From contig JAHFNC010000004.1 of NCBI GenBank assembly GCA_023267535.1, positions 3,757-67,756 on the forward strand: a stretch of 64,000 bases of DNA. The letters run 5' to 3'. The position numbers and the translations under genes were made by a program. A model generated the notes under the pieces. The model saw only the letters and a list, made by a program, of their open reading frames with translations. It searched no databases and had not been told where the DNA came from. The first letter of the stretch is position 1. Every line of letters starts with the position of its first letter. Shown one piece after another: positions 55,876 to 64,000 of this stretch. Source of the stretch: a bacterium (lineage in GTDB: Bacteria > Patescibacteriota > Minisyncoccia > Phycocordibacterales > UBA5272).

Positions 55876-58037
55876 TTTTGAATTACTAATGGAGACTCTA
55901 TTAATTTTGACTCAATAATATTGTGCTCATACATTTCTCGGCAATCAAATTCAGCTCGTTTACCTTCATTCCATTGACTCACTGGACGAATATAACCCAC
56001 TATTCTTGAATAAACTTCGCATTCATTATTGCAAGTTGGACATAAATGTTTTTCACCATTTATATACCCATGAGAAGGACAGACGCTGAAAGTTGGGGTT
56101 AGCGTAAAGTATGGCAATTTAAAATTCTCACAAATCTTTTTGACAAGCACAGGAACAGATGATGGGTCAGCAACTCTTTCTCCTAAGAAAAGATGCATAA
56201 CTGTTCCACCGGTGTATTTTGTTTGCAAACCATCTTGAATTTCTAAAGTTTCAAAAATATCTTTTGAAAAATTAACTGGTAAATGAGAAGAATTAGTGTA
56301 ATAAGGATTGGCTTTTTTATTATTATAATCGTCTTCATTAGCAACAAGTATGTCAGGGAAAGCTTTTTTGTCATTTAATGCAAAACGATAGGCAGTCCCC
56401 TCTCCTGGTGTTGCTTCTAGATTAAATAAATTATCTGTCTCTTTTTGATATTGCACTAATCTTTCACGCATAAAATCCAATACGTCTGAAGCAAAAGCTC
56501 TCCCTTTTACAGTACCAATATTTTCTCCAAGTAAATTAAGAGAAGCTTCGTTGGTTCCAATCAAGCCAATGGTAGAGAAATGATTTTTCCAATATTCACC
56601 ATAGGACTCTTTTATTTTTCTTAAATAGAATTTTGTATATGGATATAGATTGGCGTTAGTTAATCTTTCTAACATTTTTCTTTTAATCTCCAAGCTTTCT
56701 TTGGCAATATCCATTTGCAAAGCCAGCGAGTCGTAAAATTCTTTTTTAGCTTTTCTTATGTCTTTCGGAAATTTCTTGCTAGCTTTGTAAGCAAGACGTG
56801 GAAGATTTATGGTTACCACACCAACTGAGCCAGTTAAAGCGTTTGCACCAAACAATCCTCCTCCACGCCTATCTAATTCAGCGACGTCTAATCTCAAACG
56901 ACAACACATTGATCTTGTGTCTTCCGGCTTCATATCTGAACTAACAAAATTACTAAAATACGGAATACCATATTTAGCAGTTATTTCCCAAAGACCTTTT
57001 AGGTTAGGATTATTCCATTCAAAATCTTTGGTGACATTCACTGTTGGAATTGGAAAAGTAAAGACTCTACCTGAGGCGTCCCCTTCATACATAACTTCAA
57101 AGAGAGCTTTGTTAAACATGTTCATCTCTCTTTGAAATTCTTTGTATGTTTCAACTTGAGGTTTACCGCCGATAATTACCTTTGTGTCTTTAAAATTTGC
57201 CGAGGGTGTTAAATCAAGAGTGATGTTTGAAAATGGAGTTTGAAATCCAACTCTGGTTGGTACATTCATATTAAAGATGAATTCTTGAAGCCCTTGCTTA
57301 ACCTCATCAAAGGTAAGTCCATCATAACGAATAAACGGTGCAAGAAGTGTATCAAAATTAGAAAAAGCAATGGCGCCAGCTGCCTCACCTTGAAGCGTGT
57401 ACATAAAGTTGACTGCTTGCCCCAAAGCGGTGCGAAAATGCTTAGGAGGGGCAGATTCTACCTTACCAACTACCCCCTTGAACCCTTCAGTAAGTAAATC
57501 CATTAAATCCCAACCAACACAGTAAACAGAAATAAGACCTAAATCGTGAATATGTATATCTGTTTTCTCATAGGCATCTCTTATTTCCTTGGGATATATC
57601 TTATTTAACCAGTAAGTCTTACTAATTTCACCAAAAACATAGTTATTTAACCCTTGCAAGGAATATTCCATGTTACTGTTTTCTTTCACTTGCCAATCAC
57701 TTCTATCCAAATAATTATCAACCATGCCAAGTGACATAGAAGTAGCAAAAGCGCGAAGTTCAGCATGTTGCTTTCTGTATAGAATATAGGCTTTAGCTGT
57801 TTCTTTGTATTGAGAACGCATCAAAACTAACTCCACCACATCTTGAATATCTTCAACAGTTGGCTCGTTTCCGACTATATTTTTGTCCACTATAGAAATA
57901 ACCTTTTTTGATAGTATTTCTGCCTCCTTCGCATCAAATTCTCCAGTAGCTTTACCTGCTTTGACTATTGCTATGGTAATTTTTTTATAGTCAAAGGCTA
58001 CTTTGGCACCATTTCTTTTGATAATGAATTTTGGCAT
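55872..58037 (-). CDS. nrdD: anaerobic ribonucleoside-triphosphate reductase
   Basis: N-terminal ATP-cone, C-terminal zinc ribbon 'CPTCNNEC' and glycyl-radical 'RIVGYIRPV'. Confidence 0.9.
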   Translation of the reverse strand: MPKFIIKRNGAKVAFDYKKITIAIVKAGKATGEFDAKEAEILSKKVISIVDKNIVGNEPTVEDIQDVVELVLMRSQYKETAKAYILYRKQHAELRAFATSMSLGMVDNYLDRSDWQVKENSNMEYSLQGLNNYVFGEISKTYWLNKIYPKEIRDAYEKTDIHIHDLGLISVYCVGWDLMDLLTEGFKGVVGKVESAPPKHFRTALGQAVNFMYTLQGEAAGAIAFSNFDTLLAPFIRYDGLTFDEVKQGLQEFIFNMNVPTRVGFQTPFSNITLDLTPSANFKDTKVIIGGKPQVETYKEFQREMNMFNKALFEVMYEGDASGRVFTFPIPTVNVTKDFEWNNPNLKGLWEITAKYGIPYFSNFVSSDMKPEDTRSMCCRLRLDVAELDRRGGGLFGANALTGSVGVVTINLPRLAYKASKKFPKDIRKAKKEFYDSLALQMDIAKESLEIKRKMLERLTNANLYPYTKFYLRKIKESYGEYWKNHFSTIGLIGTNEASLNLLGENIGTVKGRAFASDVLDFMRERLVQYQKETDNLFNLEATPGEGTAYRFALNDKKAFPDILVANEDDYNNKKANPYYTNSSHLPVNFSKDIFETLEIQDGLQTKYTGGTVMHLFLGERVADPSSVPVLVKKICENFKLPYFTLTPTFSVCPSHGYINGEKHLCPTCNNECEVYSRIVGYIRPVSQWNEGKRAEFDCREMYEHNIIESKLIESPLVIQK

Positions 58038-58116
58038 ATTTTTGTGGTTTTTTGTTAATTTTGGTGGTTAATATTTTCATCTTAAGCCCTGTTGATAAGA
58101 TGCGCAATAGAACAAC

Positions 58117-58125
58117 TGTGGATAT
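58117..58125 (-). promoter_or_regulatory. DnaA-box-like motif (TGTGGATAT)
   Basis: Reverse complement ATATCCACA has 8/9 identity to TTATCCACA; lies in the AT-rich nrdD upstream region. Confidence 0.3.
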
Positions 58126-58173
58126 AAAAAGTCCTTATTTTACAAGGTTTTTTTGGAAAATAAAATATTTTAG

Positions 58174-58182
58174 TTATCCACA
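58174..58182 (+). promoter_or_regulatory. consensus DnaA box TTATCCACA
   Basis: Exact 9-mer in the AT-rich 348-bp divergent intergenic region. Confidence 0.35.
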
Positions 58183-58385
58183 GTTCCGTTTTTAAAATGA
58201 TTGTGTTTTAGCAAAAATTGTAAATCTCTTTTTCCATATTTTTGATTGAATTTTTATAAAAAAATAATTTAATTTTTAAAATTATAAATTTATATATGCA
58301 AATGATTCGCATTTGTATCGACACTAGACTTTATTTCAAAAAAAAGTTAGATTAATTAAAGTTTAGTTCTTATGAGGTCATTCCA

Positions 58386-58880
58386 ATGACACAACTGATT
58401 ACAAAAATAAACATTGCTCATCTAGCGTCGCTTGCAAAAATTCCCAAAAAAGAATTACCAATTTCTTCACTCAAGAATAAATCAGCTCCCCTTCCATTTG
58501 ACGCAGAAAAAAGAGAGTCTGTCATCCGTGCACTTTTTCGTGTAAGAAATTTTTGCACTGAAGAGTTAGGAAGAGGAACTTTAATCTTTAATGAAAAAAT
58601 GTTGAACATCGGACTGCAATTCGCAAATTTATCACTTCATCATCTCAAACAAAACCAAAATGAGGATGATATTCTTCTTGAAAATTTTTTGGATGAATAT
58701 AAATACATACTTAAGAACTTGCGAATGATTGATGTGGAAAAAGTAAGTGACGCTATCCCCTTCTGGAAAACAGGTGCGAGCCGCGCAGAATTTAGGCGCA
58801 GCGCAAATGTTTCTGTTGGCGGTAAAGCACATCCGACTTTTCTTCTTTTTCTTTTACCACGCACATTACAAGAGCTGTAA
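58386..58880 (+). CDS. hypothetical protein
   Basis: 164 aa; no motif recognised; terminator follows. Confidence 0.45.
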   Translation: MTQLITKINIAHLASLAKIPKKELPISSLKNKSAPLPFDAEKRESVIRALFRVRNFCTEELGRGTLIFNEKMLNIGLQFANLSLHHLKQNQNEDDILLENFLDEYKYILKNLRMIDVEKVSDAIPFWKTGASRAEFRRSANVSVGGKAHPTFLLFLLPRTLQEL

Positions 58881-58884
58881 AACT

Positions 58885-58916
58885 AAACGCGACAACAAGT
58901 CGCGTTTTATTTTTTA
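58885..58916. terminator. bidirectional terminator between convergent genes
   Basis: AAACGCGAC-AACAA-GTCGCGTTT plus T-run. Confidence 0.6.
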
Positions 58917-61900
58917 TATAATCTCATTAATCAAATCATCTTCAAAAGCAATTATCCCCTTATAACTCTTATCATAATTAGAAACATCTGGAAAATCTAA
59001 GTTTACTATTTTTTTGTATACGGCTTCTATTAATTTCTTTACTCTCTCTATTTCTGCTTCATTTATATCTAATGGTAATTCAATTATTTTTCCTTCATCA
59101 TTTTCTTCTACAAATTGTAGACTTAAATTTTTTACTGAAAACTTGTTGTAAGAAGAGCTGTTTTCTAAAAGAAGTTTATATATAATTAATTGTTGTCGAT
59201 ATTTATGTAATTTTATTTTTGTGTCATCATCTTTTCCTTCCCAAGAGGAAAAAGATTTTCCTGTTTTAAAATCTATAACTTCATAGAAATTATTAACTAC
59301 TCGTAAAAAATCTATCTTACCCGTCAAATGAGCACTGTTAATAATTACTCCTTCACTCTTCATATCAACTTCTATTTTGTCATCGTCTTTAAAAGATTTA
59401 ATTTTTTCATCATAATATTTTTTAAGAACAATTTCTCCCCTATCTTTCATAAACTTATAATCAGAAATATTTAATCTGGAACGCGATAATATAAAATCAA
59501 ATTTAGATAAAATGTGTGAGAGTTTTGGTTTCTCACCAGCGTTGTATTTTGGGTACACAATCATTTCTTCTATCGCTTTGTGTATTGCTGAGCCATAAGC
59601 ACCTGAGGCGTTCATCGGCTGTGGAAAATGAAGTAAATTTTGTTCAACAAAAAATATTGGTCCACCATTTTTAATATCTAAAAAATTATTCAAATGCGTT
59701 ACTGGCATTTTATAGTTCTCTACAAGTTTGGATAACATTGCCCATTCGTCTTCTTTTATTTTATTTACTCCTATTCCTAAAATACTTTCGTGGTCTTCTT
59801 CGCTTATTTCTAAAGACTTAGCATCAACCTCTTTAATTAAATCTTGCGGTAAGTAACGCAACATCTCTTCATGACCACTTATGTGTAGTGTATGTTTAGC
59901 ACGAGTAATAGCCACGAAAAACAATCTAATAAAATCATCTTCTTCGTCTCCAGCTGGATTTATTAATTGAGAAAGAGCTGATGGAATCGGTGCTTTGTTG
60001 ACCATGTTTCCCCTTGTCCAAGGTTTATCATGAGCATTTATAATAAACACTTCTTCAAACTCAAGACCCTTAGCAGCATGAGCGGTCATTAATTGTATTG
60101 AAAATTTATTTCTAGTAAATAATGATTCACTGATAAGAGGAATGTTATTATCTTTATGCATCTTAACAAATTGCGTCACATCGGAAGCTGTAATTGTCTC
60201 TCCTTTCTTCCACTCACGCAGAGCGTCAATAAAAGTCTTAAGTGAAGCCAAAAAATAAACATAAGTAGCTGGAGTGTTTTTTAATTTTTCTTTTGAGAAA
60301 TAAAATTCCTTGAAATTACTTTTCTCTATAAACTTTTCAATCAAATTTTCAAGTGGCAAACTTTTAGCCTCCACAGATAAATCAGTAAGAAGTTCATAAA
60401 TTTTGTGTAATTTTTCATCCTCTGATATTTTGAGAGCTTCTATCCAAGATATATTTTTTGTCTTAGCGTTTACAGCAACATTAAAAATTTCTTTATGACT
60501 TAAATTTAAAAATTTATAAGATAAAATCTCTGGTAACAGATAATCTTTATTATTTTCGTAATTTAAAACCGAAGACACATATTCACAAACAATAATGAGT
60601 TGTCTTATATGTTCTTCATCAAAAACATTCGCCTTCTTAATGTATTCATAAGGAATAGACAATTTATCAAGATACGGAAGTATAGCTTGTAAATCTTTAT
60701 GATTACGAGAAAGAATGGCTATTTCTTTTGGATCTACTCCATCATCCAATACTTTTTTTATTTTTCTAGAAACATCAGAATATTCTTCTACCTTAGAATT
60801 ATATTTAATGATTTCTATTTTCCCGTTTGGTAGATTTTTATTTTCTGATTTTAGTTCTTTAACAATATCCTCAAATCTATTTTCCAATCTAATTTTCCCT
60901 TTGGTGATTATTTGTCTGGCAAAAGAAACAACATCTTTAGTAGAGCGATAATTTTTATCAAGCACTATTGTCTGAACATCTTTATAAGTCTTTTCTCTAA
61001 ATTCCATAATATGAGACACTTCGGCTCCTTGGAATTTATAAATTGCTTGATCGTCATCTCCCACAACACAAACATTGGGATGCCCCTCATGAATCGGGCT
61101 TGAAGTGATGGCTTTAACTAAACTCATCTGAGCAAGATTAGTATCTTGAAATTCATCAATCATAATATATTGGTATTGTTCTTCAAGTTCGTTTCTTAAA
61201 ACATTTTTATTACGCAATATATGAGCCACTTCAATAATGGTGTCATCGTAATCATAAAGACCCAGCTCATGCATTTTGTTTTCATACAATTCGTAAATTT
61301 CAGCTACTGCTAAAATTTTATCGTAATTGTAACTCTCTTTTAAAATTGGAGTACTTTCATCAACCGCTAAATATTTCTTCTTGAAATCCGCTATCGGCTC
61401 AGTCTTTCCAATTACAAAAGATTCTTCGACGGCATTTTTTAAGGCTAGAGAAATAAATTTACTGGTTGTGGTCTTTAATTTATCTAGTGAAGAAATAATG
61501 TTATTAAAAACTTCTAACTTCTTTACATTTAATCTTTCTACTGGCCATAAAGCAAAAACTTCATTTATATCTTTATAATCTTCTTTGATAGAAGTGACTA
61601 TCGTTTTATATTCTTCCGGAGTGTATCCACCGGATTTTATGTGTTTTATTCTGTCTGTCACATCTTTTAAATAAGCAAACCCAAGTTCTGGATGTTTAGC
61701 ACTTAGCGGATGTTTATGTAGAAGGGACTTAAAAATTTCTGTAATTATTTCGGCACGAGTAATATCATTTGCTTGAGAAAAATTTGTAGCGTTGTAAAAA
61801 TATTCTGGGTATCGTCCAATAACGTAATTACAAAAAGCGTGGAAGGTAAAAATATTAACCCTAAAGGCATCTTCCTTTATCAAAGAAGATAATCTTTCTC

Positions 61901-62168
61901 GCATATTAATAGCTCCGTTTTCTGTAAAGGTTAAGCACAAAATGTTTGATGGTGTAGCCAAGCCTAATTTCAAGATGTTAGCGACACGAAGTGATAAAAG
62001 CTCTGTCTTTCCACTCCCCGGCCCAGCGATTACCATTACAGGACCATCAGTTGTATCTACAGCAAGCTTCTGCTCTTTATTTAATTTCTGATAACGAGAT
62101 TCAAATTCTGCATTCTTTGATTTTGATTCATTATTTATTCTCATACTTAGAAAGTGCCTCCTTAGCAT
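58914..62168 (-). CDS. UvrD/PcrA-type helicase fused to C-terminal PD-(D/E)xK nuclease (AddA-like)
   Basis: 1084 aa; 'AGPGSGKTE' Walker A; UvrD helicase motifs; C-terminal 'VIDFKTGK' nuclease motif. Confidence 0.8.
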   Translation of the reverse strand: MLRRHFLSMRINNESKSKNAEFESRYQKLNKEQKLAVDTTDGPVMVIAGPGSGKTELLSLRVANILKLGLATPSNILCLTFTENGAINMRERLSSLIKEDAFRVNIFTFHAFCNYVIGRYPEYFYNATNFSQANDITRAEIITEIFKSLLHKHPLSAKHPELGFAYLKDVTDRIKHIKSGGYTPEEYKTIVTSIKEDYKDINEVFALWPVERLNVKKLEVFNNIISSLDKLKTTTSKFISLALKNAVEESFVIGKTEPIADFKKKYLAVDESTPILKESYNYDKILAVAEIYELYENKMHELGLYDYDDTIIEVAHILRNKNVLRNELEEQYQYIMIDEFQDTNLAQMSLVKAITSSPIHEGHPNVCVVGDDDQAIYKFQGAEVSHIMEFREKTYKDVQTIVLDKNYRSTKDVVSFARQIITKGKIRLENRFEDIVKELKSENKNLPNGKIEIIKYNSKVEEYSDVSRKIKKVLDDGVDPKEIAILSRNHKDLQAILPYLDKLSIPYEYIKKANVFDEEHIRQLIIVCEYVSSVLNYENNKDYLLPEILSYKFLNLSHKEIFNVAVNAKTKNISWIEALKISEDEKLHKIYELLTDLSVEAKSLPLENLIEKFIEKSNFKEFYFSKEKLKNTPATYVYFLASLKTFIDALREWKKGETITASDVTQFVKMHKDNNIPLISESLFTRNKFSIQLMTAHAAKGLEFEEVFIINAHDKPWTRGNMVNKAPIPSALSQLINPAGDEEDDFIRLFFVAITRAKHTLHISGHEEMLRYLPQDLIKEVDAKSLEISEEDHESILGIGVNKIKEDEWAMLSKLVENYKMPVTHLNNFLDIKNGGPIFFVEQNLLHFPQPMNASGAYGSAIHKAIEEMIVYPKYNAGEKPKLSHILSKFDFILSRSRLNISDYKFMKDRGEIVLKKYYDEKIKSFKDDDKIEVDMKSEGVIINSAHLTGKIDFLRVVNNFYEVIDFKTGKSFSSWEGKDDDTKIKLHKYRQQLIIYKLLLENSSSYNKFSVKNLSLQFVEENDEGKIIELPLDINEAEIERVKKLIEAVYKKIVNLDFPDVSNYDKSYKGIIAFEDDLINEII

Positions 62169-62739
62169 CCGTCAAAGCTTTTGAATATTTCAAAACAAGA
62201 GAGTGGTCGTTACCTAATCTTTCCTTAAACAAAGATAAAAGTTCTTCATAAAACCAAGAAACCTTATCTAAATTGCCAACCGCTCTTTTAAAAACATTGT
62301 GATTATTTTCTTCTAAATCATAAATTAAACTACCGAGGTTATGAGTTTTATCAGCTACACTTATAAGAATACTTTTATCATTAGCGTTACGAAGAGTTTC
62401 TAGATATGCTTTCTTTCTATCCATCCAAGGCATTTGCATATCATCTGGTAAATTGGCATCTAGTGGCTCAGTCACTCCTTTTACAAGTAGGGCTACAGTT
62501 TCTCCGCAATCTTTTTTTAAATCTTCATAAGAATAATCTGGCACATCTTCCAATGCGTCATGCATAATCCCAGCGATTAAAATATCTTCATCATCTGTTA
62601 TTTCACTCAATAAAATCATGGTCGAAACTAAGTGGGAGATATACGGTGTTCTGACAAAGTCTTTACGTATTTGGTTTTGATGTAGTCTGGATGATAAATT
62701 TATTGCGTATTGTAAGCGAGTTGTAAGATTCATATTCAA
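62131..62739 (-). CDS. HD-domain phosphohydrolase
   Basis: 'HLVSTMILLSEI…IMHDALED' (H…HD…D); overlaps the helicase start by 38 nt. Confidence 0.75.
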   Translation of the reverse strand: MNMNLTTRLQYAINLSSRLHQNQIRKDFVRTPYISHLVSTMILLSEITDDEDILIAGIMHDALEDVPDYSYEDLKKDCGETVALLVKGVTEPLDANLPDDMQMPWMDRKKAYLETLRNANDKSILISVADKTHNLGSLIYDLEENNHNVFKRAVGNLDKVSWFYEELLSLFKERLGNDHSLVLKYSKALTDAKEALSKYENK

Positions 62740-62757
62740 TGATTATAGCAAGAAATC

Positions 62758-62782
62758 AAAAGCGCGCCTAAGGCGCGCTTTT
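62758..62782. terminator. rho-independent terminator
   Basis: AAAAGCGCGCC-TA-AGGCGCGCTTTT. Confidence 0.6.
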
Positions 62783-62918
62783 AGCTATTTTTCTACAACC
62801 TTCTTTGGTTTCTTTTTTTCTTTTCTTTCTCTGTGATTTCCTTTTGCCATATTTTTTATTTGGTTATATTTTAAGTATAGCTAAATTAAAAAAGTAAAGA
62901 AGTGGACAACGTATAAAG

Positions 62919-63278
62919 TTAATTTTTGCCACATAATTTAGATAATCTTCTTCCGGACGTAATGGCTTCTTCTTCATTGTTAAAATAAATTCTATTTTCC
63001 TCTTTTATTCTGTCAGCAGCACTACACCAAGAAAATGTGTAGGTAGCTCCATTTTTGCTGGCAAAAATCTTTTGGTTTTCACTTAGGTTAGCGCTAATTT
63101 CTCCTATATTTTCTAGGTATTTTAAATCTTTTTTATGAATATTGTTTTCATAGTAAATAAATATAGAAAAACCAAAAAAAGTTATGGTAACTACGCTGAT
63201 TATTACCAAATCAAATAAATGTAGTCTACTGTTGATTTTTTTAAGATATTCTTGTATAATACTACTCATTAATTTCAT
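62919..63278 (-). CDS. membrane-anchored protein with Ada-like zinc-binding (Sunset-type) C-terminal domain
   Basis: N-terminal TM; C-terminal 'TYTFSWCSAADRIKEENRIYFNNEEEAITSGRRLSKLCGKN' fits the Ada_Zn_binding pattern (Y.F…C……I…N…F.S.EEA…G.R..K.C). Confidence 0.45.
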   Translation of the reverse strand: MKLMSSIIQEYLKKINSRLHLFDLVIISVVTITFFGFSIFIYYENNIHKKDLKYLENIGEISANLSENQKIFASKNGATYTFSWCSAADRIKEENRIYFNNEEEAITSGRRLSKLCGKN

Positions 63279-63294
63279 TTAATTATTATAAACT

Positions 63295-63570
63295 ATGGCA
63301 ACAAGAAAAGCCGCTGGTTCGGCAAAAAACCTAAAAGATAGTAAGCCAAAATACCTAGGTACAAAGCTCTACGCTGGAGAAACTGCAATGGCTGGTAATA
63401 TTATCGTTCGTCAAAGAGGAACAAAAATAATGGCCGGCAAAAATGTTGGTGTTGGAAAAGATCACACTCTTTACGCACTAAAGACAGGTAAAATTAAATT
63501 CACTGAAAAAAGAAAAGTTGGATTTGATGGATCTTGGAAGAAAAAGAAAGTAGCAAACATTGAGCTATAA
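63295..63570 (+). CDS. rpmA: 50S ribosomal protein L27
   Basis: '[37 protein letters not shown]'. Confidence 0.9.
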   Translation: MATRKAAGSAKNLKDSKPKYLGTKLYAGETAMAGNIIVRQRGTKIMAGKNVGVGKDHTLYALKTGKIKFTEKRKVGFDGSWKKKKVANIEL

Positions 63571-63574
63571 AATT

Positions 63575-63602
63575 AAAACTCACCATTATAATGGTGAGTT
63601 TT
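63575..63602. terminator. rho-independent terminator
   Basis: AAAACTCACCATTATAATGGTGAGTTTT. Confidence 0.6.
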
Positions 63603-63849
63603 AATTTATGTCTTTTAATCCTCCTAAATTTTTTGCATTCACGTACCCTAAGCCCTTTAAAATTTTTGTAGCTACCCCTGCTCTTCCACCCGCCATACAA
63701 TAACAGCCAATATCTTCGTCTTTTTTAATTTTGGAAATTTCTCCCAAGTCTCCTTTTATAATTTGCTCTATTGGAATATTTATTGCTCCTTCTGCATGTT
63801 TACTTTTATATTCCTCTTTTGTTCTGACGTCAATTAAAATTTGGCTCAT
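63601..63849 (-). CDS. rhodanese-like sulfurtransferase domain protein
   Basis: 'ILIDVRTKEEY…GAINIP…CYCMAGGRAGVA' (active-site Cys loop). Confidence 0.8.
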   Translation of the reverse strand: MSQILIDVRTKEEYKSKHAEGAINIPIEQIIKGDLGEISKIKKDEDIGCYCMAGGRAGVATKILKGLGYVNAKNLGGLKDIN

Positions 63850-63850
63850 A

Positions 63851-64000
63851 TTATTTTATATTTATGAACACTTCTCCGATCTTGTCACCTTGTTTTATTT
63901 TAACTTTATGAAGACCTAGATTCTTTATCTGTCCTCCTATAATTATTTGCTTTGGATCAACAGATAATTTTGTGGAATTAAAAATAGCGTCTACTATATC
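63851..64000 (-). CDS. 3' end of a minus-strand gene continuing beyond the window
   Basis: Open frame on the minus strand ending …VKIKQGDKIGEVFINIK* with stop at 63851-63853; identity unknown. Confidence 0.3.
   Translation of the reverse strand, partial: DIVDAIFNSTKLSVDPKQIIIGGQIKNLGLHKVKIKQGDKIGEVFINIK

Noticed and set aside
58038-58385. Possible chromosomal origin (oriC) based on DnaA boxes plus an AT-rich tract
   Set aside because: Only one exact and one 8/9 DnaA box; no dnaA/dnaN nearby; better explained as DnaA regulation of the nrdD promoter. Kept as a low-confidence finding only.
62788-62856. 22-codon Lys-rich minus-strand ORF (MAKGNHRERKEKKKPKKVVEK)
   Set aside because: No SD or promoter evidence and no match to small ribosomal proteins; likely a chance ORF in an AT-rich spacer.
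63731-63919. 62-aa + strand ORF at the window end
   Set aside because: Overlaps the well-supported minus-strand rhodanese gene and the 3' end of another minus-strand CDS.
1-64000. CRISPR arrays, rRNA genes, integrase/transposase genes, prophage structural genes
   Set aside because: No regularly spaced direct repeats, no rRNA-like conserved blocks, and no recombinase or phage-structural motifs were found on either strand. The Cas4-like nuclease is not accompanied by cas1/cas2.

Overview
This is a low-GC (~33% by eye), gene-dense bacterial window with short genes and tight or overlapping gene junctions. Several features point to a reduced-genome, possibly CPR/Patescibacteria-like organism, but that is an inference: AlaRS lacks the C-Ala domain, AspRS is the short archaeal type, an anaerobic NrdDG is present, and many promoters look leaderless. 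Most of the window is conserved housekeeping genes:
- the ribosomal alpha-operon block infA-rpmJ-rpsM-rpsK-rpsD-rpoA-rplQ, then rplM-rpsI;
- the grpE-dnaK ... dnaJ chaperone cluster;
- aminoacyl-tRNA synthetases trpS, aspS, gltX and alaS;
- scpAB and cell-wall genes (dacA-like, mraY, ftsW, murG, an M23 peptidase);
- a minus-strand nrdD-nrdG-nifS-iscU-FNR-like cluster, a UvrD-type helicase-nuclease, and lexA, recR, rmuC, ychF.
The accessory content sits in the first ~13 kb. A Type I R-M operon hsdM-[PIN-like ORF]-hsdS-hsdR is followed on the opposite strand by a Hachiman-like HamA/HamB pair preceded by an extra HEPN-like small gene. Both abut tRNA-Gln(UUG). On the other side of the tRNA is a GC-richer islet encoding a ParB-like nuclease-domain protein plus small orphan ORFs.
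Other items worth a second look:
- an SOS (Cheo-type) box overlapping the lexA promoter, with a decayed Y-family polymerase and a DUF45 metalloprotease downstream;
- a compositionally distinct antisense gene inserted between dnaK and dnaJ;
- a ~110-bp element of overlapping perfect palindromes in a convergent intergenic region;
- DnaA-box motifs upstream of nrdD.
No rRNA genes, CRISPR arrays, integrases or transposases were seen.
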